Source: Anaeramoeba ignava BMAN (Eukaryota; Protista; Anaeramoebae). Taken from it: DNA of 64,000 nt. The notes under the pieces are model-generated. The model did no database searches. It had not been told where the DNA came from and worked only from the letters and a program-made list of their open reading frames with translations. The stretch covers positions 26,934 to 90,933 of the forward strand of contig JAPDFW010000009.1 in NCBI GenBank assembly GCA_028826165.1, written 5' to 3'. Of the stretch, positions 63,201-64,000 are shown piece after piece. A program made the translations under genes and the position numbers. Positions within the stretch are counted from its first letter, which is position 1, and each line of letters begins with the position of its first letter.

Positions 63201-64000
63201 ACTTTTATCTTATTTTATTTTTTCTTTATTCTTATATTTATTCCAAAAAATATTTTATTATTATTTAATTAACTTTAAAGAAAATCAAAACAAAATCATA
63301 AATGAAGTTTCTCATAAAATTATAGCAACAATGAATAGATTTCCAAATAATGAAGAAATTCAAAATTATGGATGTGGAATTTTATCAAATATCACAATTA
63401 ATAGTGGTAATTTATTTATCAATAAAAAAAACACAAAAATATCTTCAAAAACAAAATTTTATTTTTAATTTTTGATTTTATAATTATTAGATAATGCTTA
63501 TTACTTAAAAAGTATAAATGGAATTAAACCAGTTATTAAAGCAATGATTAGTTTCTCAAATAATGAACAAATTCAAGAAAAATCATTTGAAGCTTTATTT
63601 AATTTTTCTAAAAACTCAAGTAAAAAATATCCATAAATAAATATTATAAAACAAAAATTAATAATAATATTAATACTATTATTCATTTCTTCTTTTTTTT
63701 CAAAATCAAAAAATAAAAAATTATTAGTGAATTTAAATACAATTCTAGAATTAAATGGAATTGAAATGATTATAAAAGCAATGATTAATTTCCCAAAAAA
63801 TGAAAATATCCAAAATCAAGGAATTCAAGTTTTAATGAATATTTTAGATAATAAAGGTAAAATATTAATCAATTATTTAATTCAAAAATTAAATATTTAA
63901 TTCATAAATATAAAAATAGAAATTAAAAAGCATAATAAAACAAATCAATGGAATTGAAGTTATTCTTCAATCAATGATTAATTTCCCAGCAAAAGAAAAT
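60267..64000 (+). CDS. Coiled-coil + armadillo-repeat protein (LRRK2/SARM-type ARM-like), at least 17 exons, one repeat per exon; continues beyond window
   Basis: Exons 60267-60528, 60621-60731, 60803-60943, 61031-61159, 61238-61366, 61476-61604, 61666-61794, 61905-62033, 62103-62231, 62345-62473, 62535-62663, 62763-62891, 63013-63141, 63281-63406, 63491-63619, 63728-63856, 63920-. Repeat consensus ENKxKIKELNGIEPIIQSMINFPNDExIQxxGCxALxNISIN. Confidence 0.92.

Overview
This is a very AT-rich, gene-dense eukaryotic (protist) genomic window with the standard genetic code and GT-AG spliceosomal introns. The expanded RCC1-BTB, ankyrin-BTB and BTB-TLDc families, the presequence-bearing methylmalonyl-CoA mutase and mtHsp70, and a TCATTTT initiator-like motif suggest an anaerobic metamonad such as Anaeramoeba (inference, not verified). 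A central block (about 13-52 kb) holds mostly single-copy genes: Ras, MMUT, a TMEM245/AI-2E-like transporter, TRAPPC9, a TOM1/GPR137-like membrane protein, TAF12, a 39-aa microprotein candidate, Acinus, VAC14, NAP1/NCKAP1, RasGEF, a telobox-like Myb protein, mtHsp70 and Arf1. Several of these I reconstructed by hand across introns filled with simple repeats. Both ends carry intronless BTB-family paralogs. The main leads are: (1) an armadillo-repeat gene built from at least 17 exons, one repeat per symmetric phase-1 exon (mostly 129 nt), expanding by exon-intron duplication; (2) a shared BTB module fused to RCC1, Kelch or ankyrin heads, with hypervariable, mosaic RCC1 loops; (3) a 5'-truncated copy with a repeat tail that hints at retro-duplication; (4) several independent 12-bp-period satellites, one filling a 2.9-kb intron; (5) an Inr-like promoter motif. 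I found no rRNA, tRNA, CRISPR array, intein or transposase.
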